DNA from: Lama glama
Taxonomy: Eukaryota
Length of the DNA stretch: 64,000 bases
Assembly: GCA_028534125.1 (NCBI GenBank)
Contig: CM052816.1
Location: 58,530,001 to 58,594,000 of the forward strand
Direction: 5' to 3'
This document shows, in pieces, positions 1-14,300 of the stretch; position 1 is the first letter of the stretch, and each line of letters opens with the position of its first letter. A model generated the notes under the pieces. The model searched no databases and had not been told where the DNA came from. It saw only the letters and a program-made list of their open reading frames with translations. A program made the translations under genes and the position numbers.

Positions 1-2026
1 AAATGTAAACCTCCTGCCCCTGTCCGCTAGCTATCTTGATCCTCTCTGTGGAGTCTGTCATCACCATTTTCTCATGTATTAAAGAATTTTTCTATGAAGG
101 TATGAACATGCATCTAATAGTATGTTAATCTTAAGAAATTTAACTAGGTTCTTTTTTGTTTAGGTCTGAACAATTTAATAAGTAATACTTGTACCATTTA
201 TCAGGTTACTGCCTGTCCTGCAGTAATGCATCTGGACCCTGTAAATGCCTCTCCCCTGTCAGCAGGCACAGTGTAAAGCTTTCTCAGTAGAGGTTACTGG
301 TGAGACACTGGATGGGAAAGAGACTTCTTTTCCTGAGTCCAGTGTGCCTCTCTGGCACATGGTTTCCGCAGCCTTGTGCAGTGCCTGGCTTCAGCAGTAC
401 CCAGTGGCCAGCAGCACCCCCACATGAATGGTTTCCTGTGACACCCCCAAAAAACTTTCTAAGCAAAGTGTCCCAAGCTTACACTGTCTTGGGCTGTAAC
501 TCGCCACCCTCTCTGTTGTCCATGGCTGTACCTTCTCCACCAAGGTCTGGATCTCAGTCCTGGGTTTCTTTTTTTGGTGCTCTGTCTCAGCCTAGGGTGA
601 AGAGCCAGTAGGCTGTTCCCTATACCTGCTTCGAGTTCTCCATTTCATACTACAGTCTCCTGTCACAGTTAATAACTTTTTATAGTAAACTTCCCCCAAA
701 TTACTATGTGGTGTCTCTCCTGATCAGACTAATACAATGCTTAAAACCTTTCTGATTACAAAAGAATTAGATATAGAATCAGACCAGCAAGAAGGTAACT
801 CATCTCACCTTCTAATAATCTCATCCTCCAGAGCAATTATTAATGTTGTAATAATGCTAAACTAGTTTTATACTTTATTATTTAAATAAAACAGGTACTT
901 GTAAAACAAAGCAGTACAAAAAGTAAAAAGAATGCCTTCCAGTCCCACTGTTTAACAACTTAGACTAGTTATCCACTGTTACCATTTTGTATATTCTTCC
1001 AGAAATTCTTAATGCATCTAGAAACATGAATATATATATATATATATATGTATATGTATATTAAACAAATAGAATCATAACATATACACTGTTCCTATGT
1101 TTCATTGTAAAAATAAAAAGGCAAAATAAGTTTTCCAACTTATACTAGCATCATGAATTTGCAGTGGCCTCCTAGCCATTCAGAAAACTCTGCTACTTGG
1201 TAGGAGTGAAATTCTGGACACAAAGATGTAAACATCCACATCAAATGTAATACCTTGAATCCTATGACGTCACTGACAGTATGTTCTCCCTGAGCAGAGT
1301 GGAGTCATAAGAAAATTCTAACACCATTTTAAATGCATATGTTGAACTCTCAAACATGTTATCTAAAAAAGCATTGATGCTCAATATTCTTGAAAACAGA
1401 TTTAGCTCATTTCCAATAAAGCTCAATTCTAAACTGCATTTTTTGCTTAATCAATAAACATTGAATCAAAAGCTTCCAGAATACAAGCATTTTCCCTAAA
1501 TCTTATTTCTTCACATTGGCAGTAGATAAAGGGAAGGTACAAATAAACCCTACTATACCAAAGTTAATTAAATATGCAAAACAGACCCTACAAGATATAC
1601 AAGATTAATACCTGTTGTTTCACCTTTGTGTAAAACTGATTTAGTTCTTAAGTTAGCCATTTCGTAATAACTTGAATATTCTTTTGTATTAAGACTTTAA
1701 GGTAGATTGGTGCACTTCTTCCCAGCCCCATCCTGTGGCTTTGTGTTCCTGTTTATCGTAGCGAGCCTGATGTTTTCCCAGGGTTATGAAGAGTTAGATG
1801 TGTAAACTTGATTGAAGGACTCATCTTTAATTGGGGAGGATCACTTAGGAACTTCAGAGTTACTGGCAATATCTATTTCTAAACTCAGTAATGGGTAAGC
1901 AGGATGTTTGTTTTTTTTTTATTACATGCCTTAACATTATATTCTTTTGTGTGTAATATTTAATAGTTTTTGGATAATTAGGCTTTTAGAATTATTGATG
2001 AAAATTCCCGATATATCATTTTTTAG

Positions 2027-2397
2027 CTAATTCTGTTTCTGAATGACTGGCAAGAATGGCAGTACCCATTTCCAGAAAAAGGTTAAGTGTTTAGATTGAG
2101 GATGCCTTTCTTTCATGGCAGTAAGCAGTGTGATGTCTTCTGCATCCAGGAGCCAACTTAACATGTTAAGTCTGGTGAGGCTTGGCAGTCGTAGCACACA
2201 CTGACTCAAAGACTTGACTGTTCTGGGCTGAGCTCTTATACATTCTGTGAAATGCCTGTTAATAGTTAGCTCTCGCAAGTTTGGCAGGTTGTCCAGTGCT
2301 CGAAAGAAGTTTCTATATCCTTCTTCTGTAATCTTGTGATTAATTGAAAGATCTAGCTTCTCAAGTTTCTGGAAACCTCCATCGACTGCTCCCTTGG
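2027..2397 (-). CDS. NAIP: NAIP last coding exon (LRR C-terminus), 371 nt including TAG
   Basis: [32 protein letters not shown]...LPVIQKQN*; acceptor tttacag|CC. Confidence 0.95.
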
Positions 2398-5300
2398 CTG
2401 TAAAAGCAAAACTATTTACGTAAGTGGAATCATATGGACTTCTTTTCCAGTGCTTAGACTAGGTTATTTGAACCAACCTCCTCTCTCACCATCACTGAAA
2501 GTAGAAAATGCCCAATTAAAAAAACAGCTCCTTAAAAATTCCAAAGACCTGACAAGTTAATAAAGAATAAATAAATAGCCAAAACCAAAGGAAAAAGCAG
2601 AAACCAGAGAACTAAAGCTAAGCTCTAGAGCACTGAAACCACTTTTACTATGAGTGTATTGCCATTCCAGATAAACAAAAAGTGAGGAAATTAGTTACCA
2701 GCCCAGCCACATGGAAGGAAATACTAAAGAAGTTCTTCAGGCAGAAAGAATATGGTCCCTGACAGATGACTAGAAATCCAGGAGACACAAAGGAGCAATA
2801 GAGACAGTAAACATATGGAAACTCTAAATAATGTTTAAAACAGTAATGTTCATGGAGTTTCCATTTATGCAGAATTAAAATAAATGACAACAACAATGCA
2901 GAAGATTTGAGGGAGGTAAATAGAATTAGATGTCCTGGAGTTCCTACCTTGCTCATGACATGGTAAAAATACTAAATTATATTAGTGTCTAATAACTCAG
3001 GGATGTAAATTTTAATATATATGATACCACTAAGAGGGTAGGAATGTATAATAAGCCAGAAGATGGGGGAAATGGAATAATAAATGAAGCAAAAAAAGAA
3101 AAAATGAATATATCTTATGGGACAAATTTTTTAAATAGCAAATAAAGCATATATATAAATTCAGATATAGTAAGTATATTAAATGGATTAATACTCCAAT
3201 GAGAAGTAAAAGATTAAGAAATTACATTTTAAAAAACCTAACTGTAGACATCCAGTTATACAGACATAACAAGAGCCATACCTTAAATATAAAGATAGAT
3301 ACAGAAAGATTAAAAGTAAAAGGAAGGAAAAAGACGTGAGACACAATTACCCAAAGAATGCTGGGGTAGCTATATTAATATATGATGAAGTAACTGACTT
3401 CAAGGTAAGAAGCATTACTAGAGATGAAGAGGGTTGATCTGCCAAGAAGATTTAACAACTTTCTATGTACCTAGGTTTAAAATACATCAAGCAAAAACAG
3501 AACTAGAAGGAAAAGAAGACATCCACGATCATGATGGGTGATTTTAATATACCTTTTCCAGTTACTGATAGAATAAGCAAACAAAACTAAAAACAAGGAT
3601 TTGAGTACTTTTCACACTTAATATTAACTGTGGAAAGCTCATTTTTTTTCCAAGTGAAAATGGAACATTTACTAAAATTAACCACTTTAGTATGTATTTT
3701 GTATTATGCTGGCCCATAATACAAGTCTCGACAAATTTCAAAATTGAAATCATACAATGAATATTCTATGATAACAGGGAAATTAAGCTCAGAAATAGGA
3801 ACAAAAAGGTTATTAGACAATCCCCAAATATCTAGAAATTAAGCAACACATTTGTAAAAAACTGGTGTGGCACGAAAAAAATGACAACTGAAATTAGTAT
3901 TCTGAACTGAAGAATGAAAATATGACACTAAAATTTGAGAGGGAGCTAAAGCCAAAGTTAGTGCTATAACTATCCATCTCAAGAAAACTGGACAAAACAA
4001 ATTATACCCAAAGAAAGCAGAAAGGAATAATAGAGGTGAGAGGAGAACTATTAAAGAAAAGCATATGTAGACAAAAAACTTAAAAATGATCAATCAGGTT
4101 AAAAAATAGAGAATGTATAAATTAATATCAGAAATAAAAAGGTGACTATCATCCCAGATCATATATTTTTAATGATTATAAATAAATATGAGCAATTTTA
4201 GAAAATTAAAATTCTTAGAAAAATGTAACTTACCCAAACTTGCCAATGATAACACGTAAATGTATACCAATAGAAACTGCACAGTGAGGTGAAACAACTA
4301 TCGGTAGGACTGTAAGTCGGTACGACTATGGAAAACTAAATATATACCATATGACTCAAAGCCTATCCCTAGAAATATCTCTGTATATATACACATCAAA
4401 GGTCATGTATCAGAATGTTCATAGCAGCATTGTTCACAGTAGGCAACTATTGTAAACAACTCAGATAGCCAGTTGAATGGATAAATAAGTTGGGCTATGT
4501 ACAGTCATACAACGGGATAATATATAACAATGAAAATCAGTCACATGCATCAATGTACATTAATATCACAAGTATAATGTTGAGCCCAAAGAGTCAGACA
4601 CAAGAGTACACACTGTGTAGGATTCATGAAGTGAATTTTAAAACAGGTAAAACGAATCTATGGTAAAAGAAAGTAGTATAATGGTCACCTTTGGGAAGGA
4701 GGGGAACGCAGTATCAGAAGGGACAGAGAGGAGGCTTCTGGGATGTAATACTCTATGTTATAATCTATATTGCTACCCAAGTATGAATAACAGTTTTCAA
4801 GTACATTCACTTGAAAATTCGTTGAGCTGTACACGTAGGATTTTGTACTTTTCTGAATGTGTATTAATCTTCAATCAAAAAAAAAACCTATAAAAAGGAG
4901 TACATGGAAGGTTTGTGACCAGGTGTCTGAAACACTAGGTGTCAAGAGCATAGACTTGAGAGCTTGAATAGTCTCAAATGGGAGGCTATCGTTTACTTGA
5001 GATCTGACCAAAATGAACCTAAACACAGAAAATTAGAGGGAACGATATGATGGTAGAAATGAAGTGGGTTGAACATTTTTAGAGGGGCAAATGTTTCTGA
5101 AGATACTTTGCAGCAGAAAGCTTGAGTAATACCACTGGCTTTCATGTGATCTGAAACAGTTTAAGTGAGGGTAGCTCACCAATTTCTATCACGCTGTCGT
5201 CATCCAAAGTGTTGAAAAATGAGAAAACTCGGAGATGTTGAAGATGCTGACACTGCTGGATGATTAGTATGGCCACTTGATGAATACCATCCCCAGAAGG

Positions 5301-8300
5301 AAGCAGCAATTCTTCCAGGTTATTAAAAGAACCTAAAGTATAGGCTATCAGGAGAGACAAAGAAGTTATTTTCTGTACCGTGTTCCCAAACAATGGTAAT
5401 ATTCAAATTCGTGCACATTCCAGGAGGCCCCATCCGGCTAGCATAGAGGCTATTCCTCTTCCTCTCCCATGGCCGAAGAAAGGGGTCGGCCTACACCTTC
5501 ATTGCTGCCTCTAGACAACCATTCCTCCACCCTTCCCCAACCACTCTCTCCTACACTCAAGACCAGAGTGCCTATCTTGTCTCCATTTCCTCTTAGACTG
5601 AAGCTTCTACTGGCTTCCAGGTTACTCTTCTAGCCCCTCAGTGCCTTCAGCCCCCTTTCTTACCATCCTGCTGTCATCCTCAGTGTCTTCTACCTCTGCC
5701 TCCTAGCACTAAAGCCTCACCATCCACTGGTCATCATCACTTTCCTTTTCACTCTGATTGCTCCTTAGCATGATACATTATGGATCACTCGATCCCTAGA
5801 AAGTTATGTACTTCTGGGGCCTCACACTTGCAACTATTTTGAACACTTCCTAGCATAAAACAATGTTCCAGGCTTATCTTTTCCTTTTCTTGTCCCAGTT
5901 ATTTTATCAGCCATTTCTCCAAGCACCCCGGTTCCCTTTAGGGAGGCTAGTATTTAGAAGTCAAGATCTGAGGAGTTGGTGTGCTCATTGCTACTAGGAT
6001 TCTTTATAGTCTCTCAGGGGACTGAGTTGAGAAATATGTATATATGTGTGTGTGTGGTGAGATATAAATAGATCAATACAGATATCCCCATTATCTATGT
6101 ATATAGGTTAAAAACCACAAGTCCACACCAGTATTTCCAGTTCTAATACCTCAGGTTCTAGCCTCTGCTTTCAGTATTTATAAACTCCTTCTCCAGCTCA
6201 TTATATTCATTGTACTACTTGGCGTAATCAACCTGTTGTACATGCTAGCCACCATCCTTGGCCCCCAATCCTGCCTCTGTCGCCTCAGCCCTCATGCCCC
6301 TCCTCTACCCACACAGCTGCCTCCAAAAGAGGGAAAGAGGAGATCCAGGTGGTCCTTGAGCATGTTCAAGTTTGAAAAACACTACTACTCAACACTGCCT
6401 GTCTCCACTGACTCCCCTTTTATTTTCCTGTGTTAAAAACAAGATAAGCTCCATGTCACGAAACCATGATGTAATTATAGTTTTGGGTCTCCCAGAAATG
6501 GAATCTTAAACTAGTCCATCAGGAATTGCCTGATCAGCACTAGTTAGGCAGTCTGCCTGATAGCCCTGCCATCCTCTAAAGGAAGGTAACCTTGCAATAA
6601 CAGCTCGCATCTTTGCCTAGTATAACTTCCTTGTCACTGCTCCCCACTGCCTATAAAAGTCCTTCATTTTGTACAGCTCCTCGGAGCTCTTTTCCATCGC
6701 TAGACTGGATGCTGTTGGATTCAAAATCATTTTTGTTCACATAAACTCTTAATTTTTGAGTTTTCGTAACCTTAAAAATAGTTTTACCTATATCGTAGAA
6801 ACATTTGAAACAATAGGTATTTAACATATTTGGAATGGTAGCTGGCAATGAAATTGCATAGTGCTATAACAGATATGTATTCTAAGAAATGAGTCACTGA
6901 GAACATCGTTTTGAATGACATCAAGTGCGATCAACGCATTTGAAGGGTAAAAGTTGAGCAGCACTGTCCCTTCTAATGAGCAAGGGCAGGTAATACATAT
7001 TATAATTTACGATATCATGCAAAATAGAAGAATTTTGTAGGGAAAGAGAATAAAGAGTGAGTAAAAGGCACTGTTCTGTAAACATACCAAAAATTTCAGC
7101 CGTTTCCTTATCAGAAAATTCTTGGTGCTGAAGATTTAATATCTTCAGAGAAATAAAATTTGGCAGTACAGTGACTATAAAAGGGAAAATAAAAATTTAG
7201 TTATGTCAGCTACAGTTCTTATACCAACAAGTAATGTGTTTAAAGAGTATTTTAAAAGTGATAGAAATTAATATAATAATTCATATTGAATTTATTAGTA
7301 TGACAAGTAGATAAAACAGATCTTTGCTCAGGGAACAATTCTGATAACTAGAAATGTTTAAACTTCCAGAAACAAATATACTACCTTATTTGAATATTTA
7401 AGATCAGGTATCTATTGTAATAGCTTTTGTTCTTTGACATCAATTTCATATTTAAAATTTGGCTGTTTTTAAAAAGTGCTTAAAATGACTCTGTGTTCAT
7501 AGAAGTATCTTAAGCCAAAATTTTACAATTATATCTCTTACCAAATGGGAGGGCATTAAAAAATGGTCCAGAAAATTTAATTTCTTCAAGTTTCTTGCAG
7601 GAAGCAAGTACAGTCATGAGAGACTCAAAATCCGAAAAGACATTACATTTCAGATGGAAAACACGAAGGTCTAGAGAATTCTGAATTAATTTGACTGTAA
7701 AATATCAAAGATTTCAGAAATCAGAGAAGATTGCAAATTTCTATCAGAATTAGCCATATAATTTAGCATTTTGTTTCAACAGTACGGAATTAAAGCATCA
7801 TGATGTCATGAATCAGGCTTAGATTCAGGTTCTGCAACTGATTAGTGAGCTATGTAAACACATAATTACTGACCCTTCTCTGGGGGTTCAGTTTTATCTT
7901 CTGTATAATAATGGCATTGAATGAATGGCATCAGTTAAAACCTTCAGCTTTAACATCCTAATGTCTCTTAAGTTTGCACATAACATTTACCCTATAGAAA
8001 TACTATGCAAAGAAACATAAAGGCAGTGACAACTCTGAAGCAAAATCTAAATTTGATGCAAAAATTTCTGACCAATGTAAGAAAACTACCAGCTTCAATG
8101 AATTTTTTTGCATGGAATTCTGCACATCAGTTTGGTAGAGATTAACCTTTTTTTTTTAAATTGAAGTATAGTTGATTTACAATGTTGTGTTAGTTTCAGG
8201 TGTACAGCAAAGTGTTTCATACACACACACACACACACACACACACATTCTTTTTCAGATCCTTTTGCATTATAGGTTTTTATGACAAGATACTGAATAT

Positions 8301-11300
8301 AGTTCCCTGTGCTATATAGTAGGTGAGATCAACCTTTCTTCAGTCTGTAGTGTTTAGCCTTCACTAAACTAAGGAATTGATGATATCTAAGTCATTTTGC
8401 TAAATGATATATTTAAGAAAGATGGCTGTATAGGTTGTTCATCAACCATGAGAACAGGCTGATGAGAAGCTGGGAAATGCTTCTGACTGCTGCCAGTCTG
8501 CAGATTTCTCCATTTCCCCAGCTGTAAAATGAGAATGGTAATAGTACTCTACCTTGTAGAATGGGTATGAAGATTAAGTGAGTTAATATTTATAAAGTGC
8601 TTAGAACAGTTCCTAGCATTTAGTAAAAGCTCAATAATTACCAGTAGCTTTCTGTTTTTTTTAGCAAGAAAGAGTGCTATTCCCACAATTTAACATGGAT
8701 ACAGGCTAAAGCTTCCATAGAACCTTTAACCTTAAATAAATTATTAGCCTTATATCCAGAAGGAACCCTACTTCAGGATGATACCTGCACCTCAATGTTC
8801 ATAGCAGCATTATTTACAATAGCCAAGACATGGAAACAGCCTAAATGTCCATCAACAGCTGACTGGATAAAGAAGATGTGGTATATTTATACAATGGAAT
8901 ACTACTCAGCCATAAAAACCGACAACATAATGCCATTTGCAGCAACATGGATGCTCCTGGAGAATGTCATTCTAAGTGAAGTAAGCCAGAAAGAGAAAGA
9001 AAAATACCATATGAGATCACTCATATGTGGAATCTTAAAAAAAAAAAGCATAAATACAGAACAGAAATAGACTCATAGACATAGAATACAGACTTGTGGT
9101 TGCCAAGAGGGTGAGGGGTGGGAAGAGATAGACTGGGATTTCAAAATTGTAGAACAGATAAACAAGATTATACTGTATAGCACAGGGAAATATATACAAG
9201 GTCTTATGGTAGCTCACAGAGAAAGGAATGTGATAATATATATATGTTCATGTATAATTGAAAAATTGTGCTCTACACTGGAACTTGACACAACATTGTA
9301 AAATGATTATAAATCAATAAAAAAAATTATTAGCCAAGTAACTTTTCCAAGTGATGTAAAAACTAGTAAGTGAAAGTGCCATTCTTACCTAGTTTGGAAG
9401 GACCATTCTCAGCTAAAATTCGGATAAATAATTTCTCCATATGGTGAAGATTTAGGAATTCTTCAGGAATGACTGAAAAAACATTTTGTTGATCATCCAG
9501 ATTCACAGACAGTTCTTTCAGGCACAAGAACTTGTCCAAATTAGGAAAGAGTTGATCTAGAAAGCAACACAGTTTCCCATTATTAATCTAAAGAGTTCCA
9601 AGAGGAAATTTTGAAACTGTCATTTTGATTCATCAGATTATTTTATTTTCAAATGAAAACCTTTCACATAGCATAAGACATCCTTTTTTAGAAAGGATAT
9701 ATATATGTAGATAAAGCTTTTTGCATCATTATTATCTACTATATGAGAAGTCCTGTATTACACTCTGGATTCACAAAGATGAGACATACTCTCAACAAAC
9801 GGGGCTAGGATAACTGAATTTCCACATGCAAAAGAAGTTGGACCCCTACCTCCCACCACCATATACAGAATTACCTCAAAATGGAGCAACAATTTAATGT
9901 AAGAAGTAAAACCATACCACTCTTAGAAGAAAAACAAGGGTAAATTTTCATGACCTTGGATTTAACAGTGGACTCTTAGATACACTACCAAGAGCAGTAG
10001 CAAAAAAGTAAAAAATAGACAAATTGGACCCCATTAAAATTTAAAACTTGTGGACCAAAGGACATTATCTATACAGTGAAAAAGGCAATCTACAAAATAG
10101 GACAGAATATTTTAAAACCACATATCCAATAAAAATTTAATTATACAAAGAATTCCTATAACAAAAAGACAGCACAGTTTAAAAACAGGCAAAGAGGATT
10201 TAATAGACATGTGTCAAAAAAAGACGCACAGACAGCTAATAAGTACATGAAAAAGATGCTCAACAGCATTAGTCATCAGGAAAATGCAGATCAAAATCAC
10301 AGTGAGTTACCATTTCACACCTAGTAGGATAACTGATTTTTACAAAAACAGCCTCAAGGATGTGAAGAAACTGGAGCCCTTTTACATTGCTGGTGGGAAT
10401 ATAAAATGCTGCAGCCAATGTGGAAAACAGTTTGGAGGTTCCTTGAAAATTAAAACAGGATTACTATCACTAATATGATCCAGCAATTCCACTTCTGGGC
10501 ACATATCCAAAAGAATTTAAAGTAGGGTCTCAAAGTAATATTTGTACACCCATATTCACAGCAGTGTTAGCCAGAAGAAACAATCCAAGTGTCCATCAAA
10601 AGATGAACTGATAAAATATGACATATACATGCAATGGAGTATTACTCAGCTATAAAAGTAGTGAAGTTTTGACACATGCTACAACATGGATGAACCTTAA
10701 AAATGTTATGCTAAGTGAAAGAGGCCAGACACAAAAGGACAAAATATTGTATGCTTTCACTTATATGAAATACCTAGAATGGACAAATTAATAGAGACAG
10801 AAAGTAGACTAGATACCAGCAGCTGGGGAGAGGAAGGAGTTACTGCTGAATAGGTAGAGTTTGGCATGATGAAAAGGTTCTGGAAGTGGATAGTGATGAT
10901 GGTTGCACATTATTGTAATTGTACTTAATGCTACTGAGTAGTATACTTCAAAATGGTTTAAAAGCTTTATGTATATTTTACCATAATAAAAAAGTATTTG
11001 AAAGAAAATGAGCAAAATTTTTCTAAATTTGATGATAAATATCAACCCACAGATCCAAGAAATGTTTAGTGACCCTCAAGGAAGATAGATACAAAGCAAA
11101 GCACACCTAGGCATTTAACAGACTGGTGAAAACCAAAGCCACATTAGCAACAACAGGAAATGAAAAAAAATTAAAATACCATTCACAGAAGTATCAAAAA
11201 CAGAAGTACCTAGGAATAAATTTAATGAAAGATAATAAACTTTCAGTCTACACTGAAGACCCTCAAACACTGCTTACAGAAGTGAAAGGAGACACAGGTA

Positions 11301-14300
11301 ACTGAGAGATATTTCCCATGTATTTATTTCCCAAAGAGTACAAGCCCTTTCTTCCGCGAAGCAGGTGGGGTAAGGGTAATTCTCAAGCATCATTTACATA
11401 TAGAGCATTCTTTCCTAATAACGAGTCATTTGTTTGCTAAAAGCCTTCATTAGTTAACATTGTATTAACTTTATCAGAGTTTGAAAGCCATTCTGTTATT
11501 TGGAGGCCTTTCACTAGTTCATATCACTGGCAGAAATAAGTTAGTAAAGGTTTATCTTTATCTGTTCAATCAGCAAGCATTTATGGTCTCATGCTTTCAA
11601 AAGTTTTTCATCCATCTAAGAGTGAGAAAATACAACTACACATGAAATAGGCTGATGTTTACCTTGTAGCTGGGTTACCTCTGAGACTTCAAGAGACTCC
11701 AGGGAAGGCAGAGTGAGAAGTAATTCCTGTTCCACTGCACTCAGCTCAAATTTGCTTATGGAGCACTTGGTGAAAGAGGCCTTAAACTGCTCAAGAGCCG
11801 GGCGGATGTGTTCAATAAAGCCTCTGCTGCCCATTAAGTGGAGTTCGATGTGCTCTGAAGCTGAAAAAACTTCCATTAGAATCCTGAGCATCTCCTGGTC
11901 CACAGCATCTGTACCAGTCACATGAACTTCCAGAAGAGGAATCTTGTACTGCTTTGGAGAAAGTTGCCAATAGCCAGTGCTGATGTCTGGTGGTGTACTG
12001 AGTCGCATGTTCAGAAAACTCTCAATGTTTTCCTCTTTTTCAGCTAAATTCTGCTCCCATTCATTCATTGGTTCAAAGGCAGAAGCACAGTCTTGATCTA
12101 CAGTTGGTACCTGAGATTTGTCCAGAATTGTTGCCAGGACTGAGAAATCTGGTCTGAGTAACCTGTCATTTCCTCTTATGGAGAACTGGATGCTCTTCAA
12201 CAGTAACAGGCTTTCGGGGTGGTCAAAAAAATACGGTAACTGAAGTACATCCAAAGTGAGGGTTCTCCCCTGAAGGAATTGCAAAATAAATGGGGAGCAT
12301 GTAGCAACAGTGTTGCTTTGATAAGCAATTTTTACAGCCAGAATGAATAAATGTTTTGAAACCAATGAAAAGTAATCTTGTGGACGTAACTGCCACAGCT
12401 GCCTAATAATTTGCATCTTCTCGGAAATTTCTGGACGGTGCTTCAGGTAGTCATCATTTTCAGATATATTCTCCAATGACTCTTTATTATCCACCAAAAG
12501 AAGCAAATGAGATACAATTTTTGGCCCTGCCTTTGTTGAAGTGTGGCAGGAGATGTAGTTCAAAAAGTTTTCATAGGGACATAGAGCCATCAAGGATGAG
12601 TTAATTTGTTTCAAATAATAAAGTCCCAAATCCTGATCTTCTTGCTTATCTGAATCCAGGAGTTCAGTCAGCCTCATCCCAGCAAGAAATTCTTGAAATG
12701 CAGGATTTAAAAACTGATAGATTGGCCTTAGTCTCTGGGCTGTGAATTTGCTCATCAGGAACATGGCTAGATCTTCATCAATCCCTGCATCTATGAGATC
12801 ATCATCACTGAACTCAGAGCAAGATGAAAAAAACCCTCTCAAGGCAAGCTCACCACAGGAGGACACAGTTGCTCTCAGAAGTTCAGCTTCAGTTTTGTTC
12901 TTTAAGAAAAGGCATTTCATATAGGACTTGAAAACAGTCACATCATCAAAGGACTCATCAAAAGGATACTGAAGCCAGTTAGCACAGACTGCTGCCACAA
13001 AGAGGGGAGTTTTCTGAATTCCCTGCAAATTTTCATTCTTTCTAAAGTGAATCATAAAATTTTGCAGGCGGGTCATGTTGTGTGAAAAGAGTTTCCGTAA
13101 TACATAGATAGTATTATAGAAGGGGAACGCTTTGATCTCTAGAACTGTGTCTAGGTAGCGGCGAATGTTCTTGGCCCTGTTTGTATGGACAGCAATCAAT
13201 AAACAGGTTCTTGACAAGTGGTTTTTTTGAATCAGTCTCTCTATGACTTGGGGGACTGAGCACATTTCTTTGTAGTCATCCAAAAGGAGTAACACCTGAT
13301 TCTTCAGCTGCTGGATAGTATTCCTCAGGCCCATTTCAGTAACAGAGCCTTCTGTCTCTGGGAGTTGGTCACTAATGATGTCAGCCAGGCCCTGGTCCAG
13401 TCTGGTAGAGCTAAGGGAGAGATAGAAGACCAGCTGGAACCTGTTTAACAAGGGACAGCATCCTGATGCCCAGAGGAGAGCTATTTCCTTCAGGAGGACT
13501 GTCTTTCCACTACCAACTTCACCCTCCACACACATGACAGAGTTCAAGGTAGCGAAGACTTCAGGCAACACCACAGGCTCTTGCATAGGACTGCTGATAT
13601 GTTTTGAAGCCAGAGACAGATCACAACCCAGCAACTGGTCAGTGGCTGGACAGGAAGAGACCTCCAGCAAAGCCATGTGGCAGAAACGAGCATTGGTGTA
13701 GGCTTTTCTCAGTCGCTCACTCAGACTCTTTGCTTCCCGAAACCACTGGGCTTCACCCTGAGCCATCTCTGTGGAGAGAGGCAAGGAGGCACAGTTACAA
13801 ATACTCTTCTAAAATCCCCTGCATACAGATGTATGTACGCATTCATATAACCCCATGTGCTACTTCCAAATCCTTACCTGGCACTACGGAGCTAACTGCT
13901 GCTGAATCTTCAAGATTACTTTCACTTGTGGTTTCCTTTGAAAATAAAATCTTCTATTAAATCAAAATTTGTATAGCAGGTGAGACATGTTATAGTTGGT
14001 GATCAAACATCTAAACACAGCCCACCCTCAAATATTTATGTCAATTTAAGGGAGGAGTGCTACAAATATGAAACAGCAAGTGATCTACAAATACATGCAA
14101 GTGTGTGGTCTCGTGTGGTTCCCAGACAGCACATTCCATGGGCAACTCGAGCAGCGATCACTGTTCAAATGATCAGAATCACAACGTCTAGAGCAAGATG
14201 AACCCTCCACAAATCATCAGGTGCAGCTTCTGGCCTTAGTTATCAACATAGTTTTAATTTTACATACCTGGGATGTAGGAAGATTATGTTTCTTCCTTTA

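Noticed and set aside
190..737. Probable old ERVL/MaLR-type LTR and its short ORFs (245-611)
   Set aside because: Looks repeat-derived, but I cannot assign a family or boundaries with confidence; the ORFs resemble no protein I recognise
1..2000. SMN1 exons, expected beyond the NAIP 3' end by synteny, and the NAIP poly(A) site
   Set aside because: No SMN coding sequence recognised; several candidate signals (ATTAAA ~1964-1959, AATAAA 879-874) cannot be ranked from sequence alone
11616..13784. 722-aa ORF as a stand-alone NACHT protein
   Set aside because: It is NAIP coding exon 9 (11663-13768); both ORF ends run into intron past canonical splice sites
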